From: Hormiphora californensis
Taxonomy: Eukaryota; Animalia; Ctenophora
Assembly (NCBI GenBank): GCA_020137815.1
Contig: CM035354.1
Location: forward strand, 1,488,001 to 1,552,000
Direction: 5' to 3'
Length of the DNA stretch: 64,000 nucleotides
The notes below the pieces were generated by a model. That model was not told the DNA's origin. It saw only the letters and a list, made by a program, of their open reading frames with translations, and searched no databases. The first letter of the stretch is position 1, and every line of letters begins with the position of its first letter. Positions 1-13,643 of this stretch are shown one piece after another. The position numbers were made by a program, and so were the translations under genes.

Positions 1-58
1 GGGATAACGTACCGGGCCATGTGCAAAGCGTCCATAGAAGGATCATGAATATGTATGA

Positions 59-188
59 AGTCTTGCAGTCAATTGAAAACATTCCAGACCCAAGAAAAAG
101 CTTGCATTCAATTGAAAACATTCCAGGCCTAAGAAAAAGCTTGCAGTCAATTGAAAACATTCCAGGCCTAAGAAAAAGCTTGCATTCT
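59..188. repeat. 39-bp tandem repeat, about 3.3 copies
   Basis: Unit gcttgca(g/t)tcaattgaaaacattccaggcctaagaaaaa is repeated. It explains ORFs 21..203 and 43..261. Confidence 0.9.
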
Positions 189-1094
189 CATTTCTCGGTT
201 TAGGAAAGTGCCGCCCTCGGCCAACAGAAAGGAGAACTACAAAAAAAATTGAAATTTCCATTTTATTTACGATGAAAAATTAACACTACATACTGCTGCT
301 TCTCTCTGCTCATTACATCATAATAGTTGCATTCATACATTTATGTGTGATGAACTTTTAATTGGTTTTAAAAACCACCGGAATTCTCTCTCCAACTGTA
401 ATATATATCAGCACATCAAAACTCAATCAAGACTTGATCCCTCTGCGATTATTAGTCAAACCTTTCCTCATAATGGGCGCCGAGTGAAAGTCAAACTCTC
501 TCTCTGGTATGCCGGGAATTATAATGACCTCGAAAAGATTCAAAGACTAAGATTCAAGATTCACTCGATATGTGGTAATGGGAGCTCCTAATGGGATACC
601 CTCCCCCGATCTGAATATAATAATATTCTCCATTATGTCTCGACATAACATATATTGTGACCTGCATTCTTCCATAATATTCGATATGATATATCCAGTG
701 GATATATTCTTCAATTTCTTATATCATCTAGAGATTCTTATCTTATATTATCTAGTATTATCCTCGAAGGGATCATGGTGAGATGTCATCTCCTGTCTGA
801 GATGTCATCTTAATCTTCGTGGTGGGCCACCATGGTGATATAATCGGGAAATAATATCAGAGTGATATTATTTCCGATATTATCTTCTGTAGAAGCTTCT
901 ACGGAACAGGGTTGCCCGGTGGATATGTGCGAGATATCGAAGATCGCGAATGGTACCAAGGAACAATTGGAAGGTGTGTGTGTGTGAACGGAAGACTGTG
1001 AGCTACATCTTTCATCTACAATATTTGATGAAGTATCTAGTGGATATATTCAAGGGGTTGGTTCGAGATGATCTTCCAGTGAACTAATATCAAT

Positions 1095-2509
1095 CATGAA
1101 CCGACCGGATTAAGGGTACACCTGGCGTTTTTCATCATCGAGTGCCCAACCAAATGACTTCACCAGGGTTTAGGCCATACAAAATGGACCTCAAATATGC
1201 AATTTTAGCCCTAAAGTCGAATTCATATTTTTGCTACAGCCTATTTTCAAAGTGGCGTTTTTTCAATTTTTGGTGGAATTTTTAACCTCAGGACCACTTT
1301 TTTTGAGATAGAAACATTAAATTCTTGGAATTTGAAGAGAATATAAAGGTAAATAAGCCCAAAGAAGGATTTTTGAAATGGAGCTAATTTATGGCCATGA
1401 GAACGGTTTACTTTTTTGCTTCTTTGACACGCTGGCTGAGAATGTTCCCATGCTTCATTAGAGATGAAAATCGGGAAATAGTTGCTCAAAACGATTATCT
1501 ATGTGGCCCAAAAATTTTGGAACTTTCCCGTCAAAGATGTGGTGTACAGAGCTTGTTTTGTGAAACCCATCTTTTTGAAAAAGAGGGAAATTCCCTGTAT
1601 CTCAAAAACGGATGATCGTAGAGACCTGCGACCAAGCTTAATCGATTCAGAAGGTCCGATTTTGGGGGGGTCTTCTGAGAGACATTTTGCTCCTACTCCA
1701 ACCGTTTTTGCTGTAATTGCGAAAAAGCTATCAGCAAGTAAGGGGGAAATCAGCCCGAAGCAGGCTACTGGAATTTAGTTGTTCCCCCTTTTCATAGAAT
1801 TGGTTTTTTGCAAGTACAGCAAAAACGGTTGGAGTAGGAGCAAAATGTCTCTCAGAAGACCCCCCCAAAATCGGACCTTCTGAATCGATTAAGCTTGGTC
1901 GCAGGTCTCTACGATCATCCGTTTTTGAGATACAGGGAATCTCCCTCTTTTTCAAAAAGATGGGTTTCACAAAACAAGCTCTGTACACCACATCTTTGGT
2001 GGGAAAGTTCCAAAATTTTTGGGCCACATAGATAATCGTTTTGAGCAACTATTTCCAGATTTTCATCTCTAATGAAGCATGGGAACATTCTCAGCCAGCG
2101 TGTCAAAGAAGCAAAAAAGTAAACCGTTCTCATGGCCATAAATTAGCTCCATTTCAAAAATCCTTCTTTGGGCTTATTTACCTTTATATTCTCTTCAAAT
2201 TCCAAGAATTTAATGTTTCTATCTCAAAAAAGTGGTCCTGAGGTTAAAAATTCCACCAAAAATTGAAAAAACGCCACTTTGAAAATAGGCTGTAGCAAAA
2301 ATATGAATTCAACTTTAGGGCTAAAATTGCATATTTGAGGTCCATTTTGTATGGCCTAAACCCTGGTGAAGTCATTTGGTTGGGCACTCGATGATGAAAA
2401 ACGCCAGGTGTACCCTTAAGTAAACAACCAATCAGAACTCGTTATTTAGGTCACGTGACTGGTTATCAGCCAATCAGGGACCAGTATTTCCTGATTCGGT
2501 CGGTTCCTG
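1095..2509. mobile_element. hAT-type MITE (about 110 bp) interrupted by a Kolobok-type foldback
   Basis: Ends catgaaccgacc...ggtcggttcctg with 8-bp TSD ATATCAAT at 1087-1094 and 2510-2517. An uninterrupted copy lies in reverse orientation at 19977-20085. Confidence 0.8.
1114..2415. mobile_element. Non-autonomous foldback DNA transposon, Kolobok-like, copy 1
   Basis: About 600-bp inverted arms GGGTACACCTGG...CCAGGTGTACCC flanked by TTAA on both sides. RR...YY termini plus a TTAA TSD match Kolobok, whereas piggyBac ends are CC...GG. No transposase is present. Confidence 0.8.
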
Positions 2510-2776
2510 ATATCAATCTTCACGGAGACCTAATCTGAGTGATATCTTTTACAGAATAAGGGAGGTGTGTCTGAACGGGAGGCTTATAGCTGTGAACTAT
2601 ATTTGATTGCACAATGCACATCAAGGACTAGCTGGTTTTGATTAGATCGGAGATCCGGTCATTGTACACACACATAACGGGATACAATCAAATCTAGTGC
2701 TGAAGAAATGAAGTGATAATGGTTATGAAGAAGAACTCAAAAGTTGTTGAGTCACTCAATTCAACTTAGAACACCA

Positions 2777-3434
2777 TTGGTGACATTGACACCTAGTGCG
2801 TGCGAGATCGAGCTCGCACATAGGTGTCCGCTCCGCCCCCTAAAAAAGGGTCGTGTCTTTCAAGCCAAATTGCACGTGATCCACTGGACCGATTTGCATC
2901 CGGTTTGTCGCAAAAGACTAAAAATTGGTCCTAGTTTACTGGAAAATACCCGATAAGTTTGTCTGTCAACAGGAAGTGGGTCAAAATTGACACTGAAGTC
3001 AAATCTATAATCTGGCTTCCGAGCCTTTTTTGCACCACTCCCAGACGGTGTAGAATGAATCTGAGGGTATCAGAAGATAGGTTGAACTCTTGTGAGTACT
3101 GGAAAATACCCGGCATTAATAGCTGATGCTAATTGCATCAACATATCTCCCAATATCTTCTAAATCGCATGGGCGTAGTGCAGAAACTCTCGGAAGCCAG
3201 ATTATAGGTTTGACTTTAGTGTCAATTTTGACCCACTTCCTGTTGATAGACAAACTTCTCGGGTATTTTCCAGTAAACTAGGACCAATTTTTAGTCTTTT
3301 GCGACAAACCGGATGCAAATCGGTCCAGTGGATCGCGTGCAACATCCCTTGAAAGAAACGACCCTTTTTGAGGCGGAGCAGACACCTAGCCTGTGTGTGA
3401 GCTCAATCTTGGTCTACGGTGTCTATGTCACCAA
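2777..3434. mobile_element. TIR element with 9-bp TSD (largest member of the TTGGTRACATAGACACC family)
   Basis: TIR ttggtgacattgacacc / ggtgtctatgtcaccaa, TSD AGAACACCA (2768-2776, 3435-3443) and long internal inverted repeats. Confidence 0.8.
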
Positions 3435-3812
3435 AGAACACCACTGTCTGAGAGAGCAGAATTATAATAAGGGTGAAAATTACTGCAAGTGGAAGCAGAA
3501 TAATTATCATAAGAGTAAAAGGTAAAAGGAGCAGCTTGCGGGGAAATTATCTAGGAATCTCATATTATGTTTGTGAAAGCTGCGTCAGTCCCAGATAGAA
3601 ATTACTTAGAATCTCATTTTTGCGAAAACTGTTCCAAGCTAGAATATAATTGAAAGAGAAATAAGGGTAACGCCTCATTCCTGCGAAATATTTCAAGGAT
3701 TTCCATATTACCAATTGCAATCTAGTCAAAGAAATAAAGGACATTACACAACAATTATAGTGTGCATTATCAAAGAAATGAGGGCAGTATATTACAGCTA
3801 ACAATGTACATA

Positions 3813-4666
3813 CAGTCGGACCCCGATTTAACGGCACCCTCGGGGGAAAGGGTTTTGTCCGTTAAATCGGGGTGTCCGTTAAATCGGGGTAGAGCATATT
3901 TGGCCTATAAAACCCTATTTTTGTCCAAAATGCTATACTAAAACACCTCTAAGTGTTAAATACAATGTCCATGTATTGATTACATGATCATTTCTGATTA
4001 GAAAAAGAAAATTATTTTCAAAATTTTCAAAAAAAGTTATAAAAATTTCTAAGGTACTATAGTAGTATATATGTATATCAAACACGTCCGAATCGTTTAT
4101 CGAATCAGTGCATCTTATCGCATGTCTTGCTGCTAATTAGACGGTTCGAAACGAACCGATACGTGATACCATGCCGAATCGGGGCACTTTAAGCGGGATG
4201 AGGAAGAATTTGAATTTCAAAATATCTTTTTCTCTGAAAATTCATGGGGAGCACCGATCAAAGCATTGCCAATCATTCTGTAAAATTTTGCAAAAAAAAG
4301 TTGTGAAAATTTTTCAAAGGTATATCAACCACGTCCGAATCGTGTTTCGAATCAGTGCATCTTATCGCACGTCCTATCACTAATTAGACGGTTCGAAACG
4401 TACCGATACGTGATCCCCATGGAGCCAGTTTAACAAGTGTCAAAATTGCGATTCGATGGGCCTCATGGGGATCACATATCTGTTCGTTTCGAACCGTCTA
4501 ATTACTGGTAAGACATGCAATAAGATGCACCGATTCGAAACACAATTCGGACGTGGTTGATACACCTTTGAAAAATTTTCAAAAAAATTTCAAAAAAAAG
4601 TTTCAAAAAATTTTTGGGGGAAATTTATCCTGCCGCTAAATCGGGGGCCGTTAAATCGGGGTCCGA
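3813..4666. mobile_element. pogo/Tc1-mariner-type non-autonomous element, long form
   Basis: Left end TA|CAGTCGGACCCCGATTTA, degenerate right end, and repeated AAATCGGGG motifs. Homologous to 24840-25702. Confidence 0.75.
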
Positions 4667-5004
4667 TTACCAAACCTTTTAATGGAGATCATGACTGGAG
4701 ACATTAGAGTCTGATTCACTCACACAATTCCACGTGATATTACTAAGTGCACTGCATACGTAAATACGGGGCGGGGGGGGGGGGGGGGGGGGTCCGCTTT
4801 GGGGGACCTAGTAGCACAAGCTGTACTAAAACATATTAGCATATGGACAACATACATTATTAATTCATAACTAATTTAACTGAGCTGTATTTTAGTCGAT
4901 TTAAAGCACATTAGAGCACTTGAAAGGTTCAAAAGGTAGTTGATAATTATTCTTTTCTAACTCTCAATGTTCAACTCATTCCACAAATGTTCCTTTCTAA
5001 GTTA

Positions 5005-5186
5005 GGGTCACCACACACCAAAGTTAAAATTAAAATTAAAATTTTGATTTTAAACCTGCACACACCAGCGGCCGTTGAAATTTCTCTCCCCCATTCTAAA
5101 AGTAACAATCTCGCGCGCGATTTTGACGGCGTGTTAAAATTTTGTCATCCAACGCGACCGTCAAAATCGTGAGTGTGTGGTGACCC
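5005..5186. mobile_element. PIF/Harbinger-type MITE
   Basis: TIR GGGTCACCACACAC / GTGTGTGGTGACCC with a 3-bp TTA TSD. Confidence 0.7.
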
Positions 5187-8100
5187 TTAGAAAGGGGTAC
5201 CCAACTGCAAGTATGACCTGTTAAAATCTAACAGGTCATACTTGTTGAGTACCGGCCCTTACTCAACAAGTCAGAGATCTTGTACAAGTTTAGAACATAT
5301 TAGCTGCCTAGTCATGTGAGTTATGTCATCTGAGCCACATTATCCACATGATGGACACACAGCTTAGTTGAGTAACAACGACAGCAACATTAGAGAAGAA
5401 AGATTAACGAAGATGCAGGTGTAAAGGCTTGATCCCTCCTAGTCGGTGTGTAATCATAATATTAGCCCCGGTCGTCCATAATTACCCCAGATGACGCTCG
5501 GATTTATAGGTCCTAAACTCCTAAATCCGAGCGTCGTTTCTTTGTGCACATCTTGAAGCTTCCCTCCTATAACTGAGCCCGCAGTTCTCTTATTCTTCTC
5601 TTCATATTTCCAAGAAATAAAACATTAAATATTGAAGCACTCCGTATAATATCCCAAGTAGTAGTTGAGTAACTGCAGCCCTCTCAACAACCAAGTACTG
5701 CAATACTGAATACATAACAACGGGGGGGGGGGGGGGGGGGCAGCTGAATGGGGGACCTGCATAGTAGTAGCAAAAGCAGGGCATAACATGGACCACATAC
5801 ATGATTAATTTATGAGAAATACTTTAATTTCGCAACTCAATCTTATACCCTACTAAAATATAGTTCGACGCATCGCGACGCGCGATCGATAAACGATCGA
5901 TATCGATCGTTTATCGATCGTTTATCGATCGTTCATCGATCGCGCGTCGGGTAGTGATTTTACAACTCGGATTGGGCTATTCGGAATTTGGAACTTACAA
6001 CTAAACGGCTATACGAAAAGTCTGGCAGCCAGATAGGTGATTGGTTAAAATATTTCGTAACCAAGATCCCATCTAGTTTTGTGGGTTACACCGAAAAAAA
6101 TGTACGGAGCAGGTTTTTGGGATGGTAAACGTGTTTCGAAAGTCAGGCACTGACTGTAACATCTCGCACGTTGCTCGACAAAGATTCAAAGAATCAGATA
6201 TAACAAATCATTATTACATTCACATAATACAACAGTGCGTCATCATTTCATTCTCTCCTAATGCATCTCGGGTATTTTACGAGTATAAGTATGTATTTGT
6301 ATGTGTGTGTGTGCAAATATGATAGGTGTTAGGATTGGATTGGAATAATTATAGGATGTCCAATATGATGGGAGAAAGTTCCTGCCAATCCCGTCCACTT
6401 TTATAAGCTATATACTCCATATCTACTCCACTACATCTACTTCACCGCGTCATTTCCACGCCGAATTACATGCTGAAACTGGCCAGTCTCGCACCACAAT
6501 CAGTGTTATAATAAGAACTGAACTGAACAAGTGCAGAATTTAGAATGAAATTGAATTACGAGTAGCTTCAAATTCAAACCGGATAACAGCAGTATCGAGA
6601 AAGTGAAATTCATTCTACCAATGGCGATTGAAAAATGTCAACTGATTGAAAAATGAAGAAGAAACTGATTTAAAAATGGCAACTGATTCAAAAAAGAAAA
6701 AAAATTGATAAATAAAAAACGTGATGGTAATATTTAATATGTTACTGCTATGGTAATAATATATTACTGCCCCCCCCCCCCCAACAAACCACAGCCCGAA
6801 GAGAGACTGGATACAGAGCTGGATATCGGCGGTATTTGTCAGGCCAATGCTCTGACCACAGTTCTTGCGCGAGAATAGGGTCAGCTGCCAATGCTCTGAC
6901 AAGTGACAGTATCTCTATATAGTATTTTATAGATCTGCAACCGCAGATATCATCATATTGTAACTGCAGTTATTATCATAACCCCCAAGATCAGTAGTAG
7001 AACCACAACAGAGATCCCAGCTCAGACCCAAGATCAGTAGTCTAGTGGTATAACCACAGTCTCGCTAACTCTGCTTGTACACAACACAAGATAGCTTCTG
7101 CTCAATGGCAATATATCACTCACGGTATTATTCAACATATTCATGATAATCAATGGTAAGCAGGTTATATATGCACTGAGCATGTCTGCATGATTGTCCT
7201 GAAATCTCTCTGCTCATGCTTATACAATAGAGACACCGCTCTTGTATGATAACTTATCTTATCATCAGATAAGGTGATAAGATGATAAGATGATAAGATG
7301 ATAAGAAAAGTAAGATCATGATCTTTATATTCTCAGCCGGTGGCTAAATCGTTCTAACGAATGAATGAAAAAGATGAAATAAAGACTAGGCTGTAGCTGA
7401 CCAAAAAACAAATTTGTATTAAATATTAATAGTTTAAACTCGACAAAGATCAAAGATATATGTCATTAAGCATAATATCGGACATGACCATCTTGGTTCC
7501 ACGTGCAGAACAGGAAATTAATTTATTTAATAAAAGCCATTGACCAGCTATTCTCATTTCTTTCTAATTGTGGTCAGGCCAATGCTTTGACGGGGACATC
7601 ACAGACAGAGTGGGAAAGTCTGAAATATGAAAGTATGCAGCATCTTAAGAATTATAACGAGACCGCGAGAATCATGGAAGAGAAGAAAAAGGTACGTGGT
7701 GGTTGTGATTTAAATTATGTCACTGACCACTCAATCACACCGGAAAAGGCGCGATTGCAATTGAGAGGTAAAGTTGTAAAAGCGAGAGATGTGGTAAAAT
7801 TCACCACCACATTCCACAACCGTGCCTTTCCCCTTCCCCCCTTGATTATCTTGTCTCCTGGTGGGGTGGTTTATAATTCTCAATAAAATATGCTACTTTC
7901 ATACTTCGCATCATTCTGGCGCCTGCACCTCCACAAACTAATAGAAAATGAATGCAAAGCTGATGTCATGGAGGTGGTTGGGTAATAATAAGAGTGGGGT
8001 GGAAGGGGGTGCTTCAATTGTGATTCGTTATAGAGCCAAACAAGGTATTATAATGTCATTTGATTGTAATATAGTATGCTAGCACTCGAGAGGGCTCCAT

Positions 8101-9144
8101 TTGTTGAGTGAGCTATTATACAACACCAAGTACATACGACAATTTAGAAATTCCTAGAAATTCTTCAAATCTGTTCCTAGAAATTTTAATTTAAGTCCGA
8201 AATTCATTGGCCGTCCCCCCAAATTTATTCCTAGACAACTTCTGGATAAGAGAAGGCAATTGGGCGCCATATTTACCAACAAAATGAAATTTTGATGTTG
8301 ATGCTGATGTCAATGATAACAATCTTGTGACTAATTTGACTCTAAGAATTTGAAGCAGTTCCCAGAATTTAGAATTTGTCAAGGTAACACTAGCACATAA
8401 CAACTGCAATCTTATCACGGAGATATTGTATTACAAATGTGTTCCAAGAAAAACAAATTCTACAAATTTGATTTTTAAATATCAACTCAATTTTAGAAGT
8501 GTTCTATTCAACAACAAAAAAGTAAAGACCCCACTTACGATAATAAAGAATATCCAGCTTTTCGTGGAAATTTTAGTTGAGTTTGGTATTACACGAATGG
8601 GGGCACCGTCCGTGGTGGATGAAGGTGGTTTGCAGCTGATCATGGATGCGGTACTGTTCCTCACACTGCAGTCATCAACTGCAAACCACCAATACGAATT
8701 ATAGTTGAATATAGTTGATATATTATCACTGGTATATCTAACCAATAACGTTGCCTGCTTGGGGTGGCACCCGAGCTATGCTGCAGAGAAATCTGTACCG
8801 AAAATGGGCCGTCGCTGAACGCCATAAGAAATCTGAAATAGGAGATCAGCACCACGGCATCGTTCCGACCTACTTTTTTTATAGTGCAAATTTCAGCCAT
8901 GTGCAACGTTCATCAATACTCGTAATATAAACATTATATATTTAGCTATTTAGCATAATAATATGGACAATGGATCAAAGAGCTAGCTGGGATATGTAGA
9001 AAGTACTGAGTGTTCTGCAAGCTAGACCATCTGGTTAGTGTTGCCATGGTTACCAGGGGGATATAATATACACATAGAGCTGCTGTCATGAAGCTGTCAT
9101 GTCAGTGATGATTAGTTCCCTTAATGAGATGTTTGTTACTCATT

Positions 9145-9197
<53 letters not shown>

Positions 9198-9626
9198 GAT
9201 AAATAAAAGATACTCATTATAGATCGAGGATCAGATCCCTATAATAGAGAGAGAAGGTCAAGGTCAAGTACTCTGTACGCTGTAAAAGCACCGGCCATGT
9301 AAAGAAATGGTTTCTCCACTTAGGATGATGAAGTTCAAAAAAGTTTAATGAGAGCTGCATCGTTCCTTTTCTACGAAAAAAGTTTAATGAGAGAGACATT
9401 TTTTAATCTATAAAATGAGTGAATACTTTGACGCATCTCATATACTGTTGATTCTCTGCAAGATTAATAAGCCGCTATTTTTGGTACACGTGGTGAAACT
9501 CACTTTTCATCCTTGAACAATAAGGAACCATAATAAAGTTCAAGAGCCTCCAAGAGCGCACCACAATCAAGAGAGACCAAAATCAAGAGCACGCAACAAT
9601 CTTGAACTTTATTATGGTTCTTTATG

Positions 9627-10427
9627 CACTCAGAAAATTACAAAGAACAATATGAACATGACGGACAATCGATTGTTCATTCTGCTGTATATCGATTGAA
9701 CATGATTAGCTGAAACTACACACGCACTACCCAGTCGACACGTGCAGAACATTTCAATCTTGAGCAAAAGTGTTCAAATATCAGCTGCAATACTGAGACT
9801 CACAGTCAATACTGATAGACATAACGGGTGATAACTAAAAGATGTCACAAATTTAAAACAGCTGTAGAATTTTTCCCTTATGAGATACAGCTTCACTCAG
9901 AAAATTACAAAGAACAATATGAACATGACGGACAATCGATTGTTCATTCTGCTGTATATCGATTGAACATGATTAGCTGAAACTACACACGCACTACCCA
10001 GTCGACACGTGCAGAACATTTCAATCTTGAGCAAAAGTGTTCAAATATCAGCTGCAATACTGAGACTCACAGTCAATACTGATAGACATAACGGGTGATA
10101 ACTAAAAGATGTCACAAATTTAAAACAGCTGTAGAATTTTTCCCTTATGAGATACAGCTTCACTCAGAAAATTACAAAGAACAATATGAACATGACGGAC
10201 AATCGATTGTTCATTCTGCTGTATATCGATTGAACATGATTAGCTGAAACTACACACGCACTACCCAGTCGACACGTGCAGAACATTTCAATCTTGAGCA
10301 AAAGTGTTCAAATATCAGCTGCAATACTGAGACTCACAGTCAATACTGATAGACATAACGGGTGATAACTAAAAGATGTCACAAATTTAAAACAGCTGTA
10401 GAATTTTTCCCTTATGAGATACAGCTT
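9627..10427. repeat. 267-bp tandem triplication
   Basis: Units start at 9627, 9894 and 10161 and look identical by eye. Each unit includes about 70 bp of the left end of the adjacent TIR element. Confidence 0.9.
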
Positions 10428-11113
10428 CGGGCCAGTTATAGAACGATTTTTCAGACAATTTTGAATCGGGATAATATACCGGCAAAACCTAAAAATTTCA
10501 TTTTTATTACGATATCTGATCATTTCATCTTGTCCCACCAAAGCATGTAGTACGGAGATTTGAAACTTCTATGTGATCAGAAATGACTTTTCCAATGAGA
10601 TAAAATTCTAAAAATTGGAGCTTTGGTTGTTCATGCCATAGCCAACATAACTGCCAAGTTTGAACATTTTAGCTCATTAAGAAATTGGTTTTCACGGTCA
10701 TTAATGTTTCAAGAGATCGTCGAAATGGCGATTTCTCAAATTACCTGTAAACTACGCTTTGTTACAGAAGATTGTGATCAGGAAATTGAGACTTATGAAG
10801 TTTGAAACAAAGTTAATTTCGTTCAAAATTGTCTGATAAATCATTCTGTCACTGTCCCGAAGCTGAATCTTGAACAGAACAGGTGCTAGAGGTGCTAGAA
10901 AAGTGTGTAAATTTCACGTACTAAATGCTTTGGTGGGGCAAAAGGAAATGATGTGATATCGCAATGAAAACGAACTTTTTAGTCTTTGCCGGTATATTAT
11001 TCCGATTCAAAATTGTCTAAAAAATCGTTTTATAACTGGCCCGAAGCTGTATCTCAAAAGGGAAAAATTCTACAGCAGTTTTAAATTTGTGACATCTTTT
11101 AGTTATCACCCGT
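10358..11113. mobile_element. Tc1/mariner-type non-autonomous element
   Basis: TA|ACGGGTGATAACTAAAAGATG...CATCTTTTAGTTATCACCCGT|TA with about 190-bp imperfect TIRs. Confidence 0.75.
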
Positions 11114-11269
11114 TATATGCACAAGAACGCGGTCTGTGTGGAATAACTCAATCGTGTGCGGTGAGATGGGGTCGAGAAAGGCAAATGTGCATTTACATGC
11201 GGACACTTTTCAATCGGAAAATAGTAATATCATTAGTGGCTGCACATCCTATTAGAAGACCGAAGCACC

Positions 11270-11304
11270 TTGGTAACATAGACACCAGGTGTCTATGTTA
11301 CCAA
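11270..11304. mobile_element. 35-bp micro-element with 9-bp TSD
   Basis: ttggtaacatagacacc-a-ggtgtctatgttaccaa between CGAAGCACC direct repeats (11261-11269, 11305-11313). Confidence 0.75.
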
Positions 11305-11921
11305 CGAAGCACCATGCTGAGTCTGTTGCCACGGCAATTAACCAATATCATCTTGATCCGTTTGCAGAACTTACAGCTCTCCAAGAGGGACATGCAGCTC
11401 TATAAACCACTTAGCTATCAAGCCCAAAAAACTTCTTTCTTTTCTCGCTTAGATCAAGAAAGGTCAAAGTCAAAGGTCTCTCCAAATCACTGCGGTGCTT
11501 ATCTCCGATTCTAAGCCCTAAGCCACTCCGTACCGAGGTACTAAACTTACAGTTGTGACTTTCCAGCCGAAGCTGTACCAATTTATAGCTCGCTTGACGC
11601 TCATTCAAAATATTCAAATGAATATGCAGATGGTTTTATTTGTTCGCGGCGAGTTGTTAATAAAGCGTTCGCCTTTTTTAGCAACTTATGGTGTGAAAGC
11701 TTATACGCTAAAAACAAGCTTCTCTTTAGCAGCGGTCCTTTGTGTCCGTACTCGAAACTTCGCACCCCCCCTGATCGCTTAAGGGAGGAGGGCTAGCTCC
11801 AAAGCAGCCCCCCCCCCTGATAGCTTGGGAGGAGGGCTAGCTCCCCTAGTAAACACGTCGAAACTTCGCACCCCCCACCCTGATCGCTTGGAAGGAGGGC
11901 TAGCTCCAAAGCAGAATGAGG

Positions 11922-11967
<46 letters not shown>

Positions 11968-13643
11968 TCTGATCTCTGGCTTGATATACAAGAGCTGCAA
12001 GGTAGGAACTCTATTTAATTCATTGAACAAGCTCTGAACATGGTGCTTCAAATAAGAACTAAGAGCCATGGTATGCAGCCACTCAACTCATCAACTTTAG
12101 TGGTCTCATATGATATGACTCCCGTGAAGAGCTAGTCCATATTAAACCATCTGTCGTGTGTCATGAGGTGAAGGCTGGGTGAACACTGTTTCTCTCTGAT
12201 TAATGAGACCGGCCTGAAGTTCAATCCTTCTTCCATGCTACTGATGATTCATGCAAGGTTCAAAATGAAGTCCACAATGGGATTGGATCGTGTGCATGGT
12301 CTGATGATTGGTCACGTCTCAGCTCGAGTGAGGGGAAACAAATACATGAACTAACAAAACACCACCCCTTTGATTACATTGATTGAGGAGATAAGACCGT
12401 ATCATGACCGTGTGTGTGTCATGGTAGCATACAATAATGCCTGCGGTCAATAATGCCTACACCCTAAAACACCTAATTAGAAGTGGAGGGTAGGCAAAAC
12501 TGCTTGTAGGCATTATCGTCAACACCAGGGGGGTAAACCGCAGTTTTGCCTACGGTACATAATGCCTACGATGTAGGCAACACTGCGATTTTACTACTGA
12601 TGTTGACAATAATGCCTACAAGCAGTTTTGCCTACCCTCCACCTGTGTTCAGCCTCATGCCCCCGGCCCCCCCCCCCCGCCCAACTATTATTGTCACCTG
12701 AAAGTGTCAGTGTCTGTGAGGGCAGATGATTAATATTATATTGACACATGATCCTCATCCCATTATAGCTTTATAAGAGTGGGCGAGAATGGGTCAGAGC
12801 GATGCCTGACAGTTTTTAGGAGGCGCTATTGTAGAAGAGAAACGGGGAAATTTTCTTTGAGAATTTGAGAGGACGACTTGACAGTTATTTAATTAGGCCG
12901 ATATCCCCCAATACCATTTAAGGTAGCTACAGCGACATAAGCATTCCTGTCATTGCTATGGTGATAATTGCTATTCATTTCCTCTTAAACTAAATTGAAA
13001 GCGTAGAAGTCCTTCACGTACCCCTTTATACTGTCACCCCTTACTCAACAAACACGTACGCAACTAGAAACTAAAGGATGAATAGGAAGGAACCGCCCTC
13101 ACAATCACTCGAAAAATATGTGGTACATAAAAAGAAAAGGTCGATTATGAACATTTGCCCCCAAGCAGCTTCCTTTTCTCTCTCTCTCTCTCTCTCTGAC
13201 TCTCTCTCGTCTCTGATGGTGCTGGTACTCGCTCTGGTACTGCGTTAATTTACGATGGAGGCAATCTCATATCGAAAATCTCAGCTGTGTGCAGTTCCGT
13301 AGAACTGCATGATACTGCAGCTGATAATTATAGGGAGGTGCATATTGCCACACAACCTGGGTTACATGTCATGCAGCCTTGAAAATAACAGGTCACGTTC
13401 TCCCGATACACTTAATCAGCAACTAGTCCATGGTTGCATCATGCAGGGAAGTGATACTATTGGTTGTATGGGGGAGTGAGACTCTGTTTACTAGTTTCAA
13501 TACTATGAGGCTGCCTCCACGCTAGCGGCTAGCCTCCATAGTGTCTAATCGAGATCTCGGCATATGGCAATTAGTTGTGTTATCATTCAGGCACTATTAT
13601 AACACAATGGGGTGATATGTTGAAATGGACCTCACTGATAATA

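Noticed and set aside
1247-2241. MLKTIIYVAQK... ORFs, repeated at 16.1-16.9 kb and 32.0-32.9 kb
   Set aside because: These are mirror-image readings of foldback arms with no transposase motifs.
7503-7886. 127-aa ORF with a possible exon ending at AAG|GTACGT (about 7691)
   Set aside because: No recognisable domain or partner exons. The candidate acceptor overlaps a dispersed gtcaggccaatgct motif.
8482-8906. Minus-strand ORFs ending in a TM-like segment
   Set aside because: Could be a frameshifted membrane-protein fragment, but I could not build a consistent start or frame.
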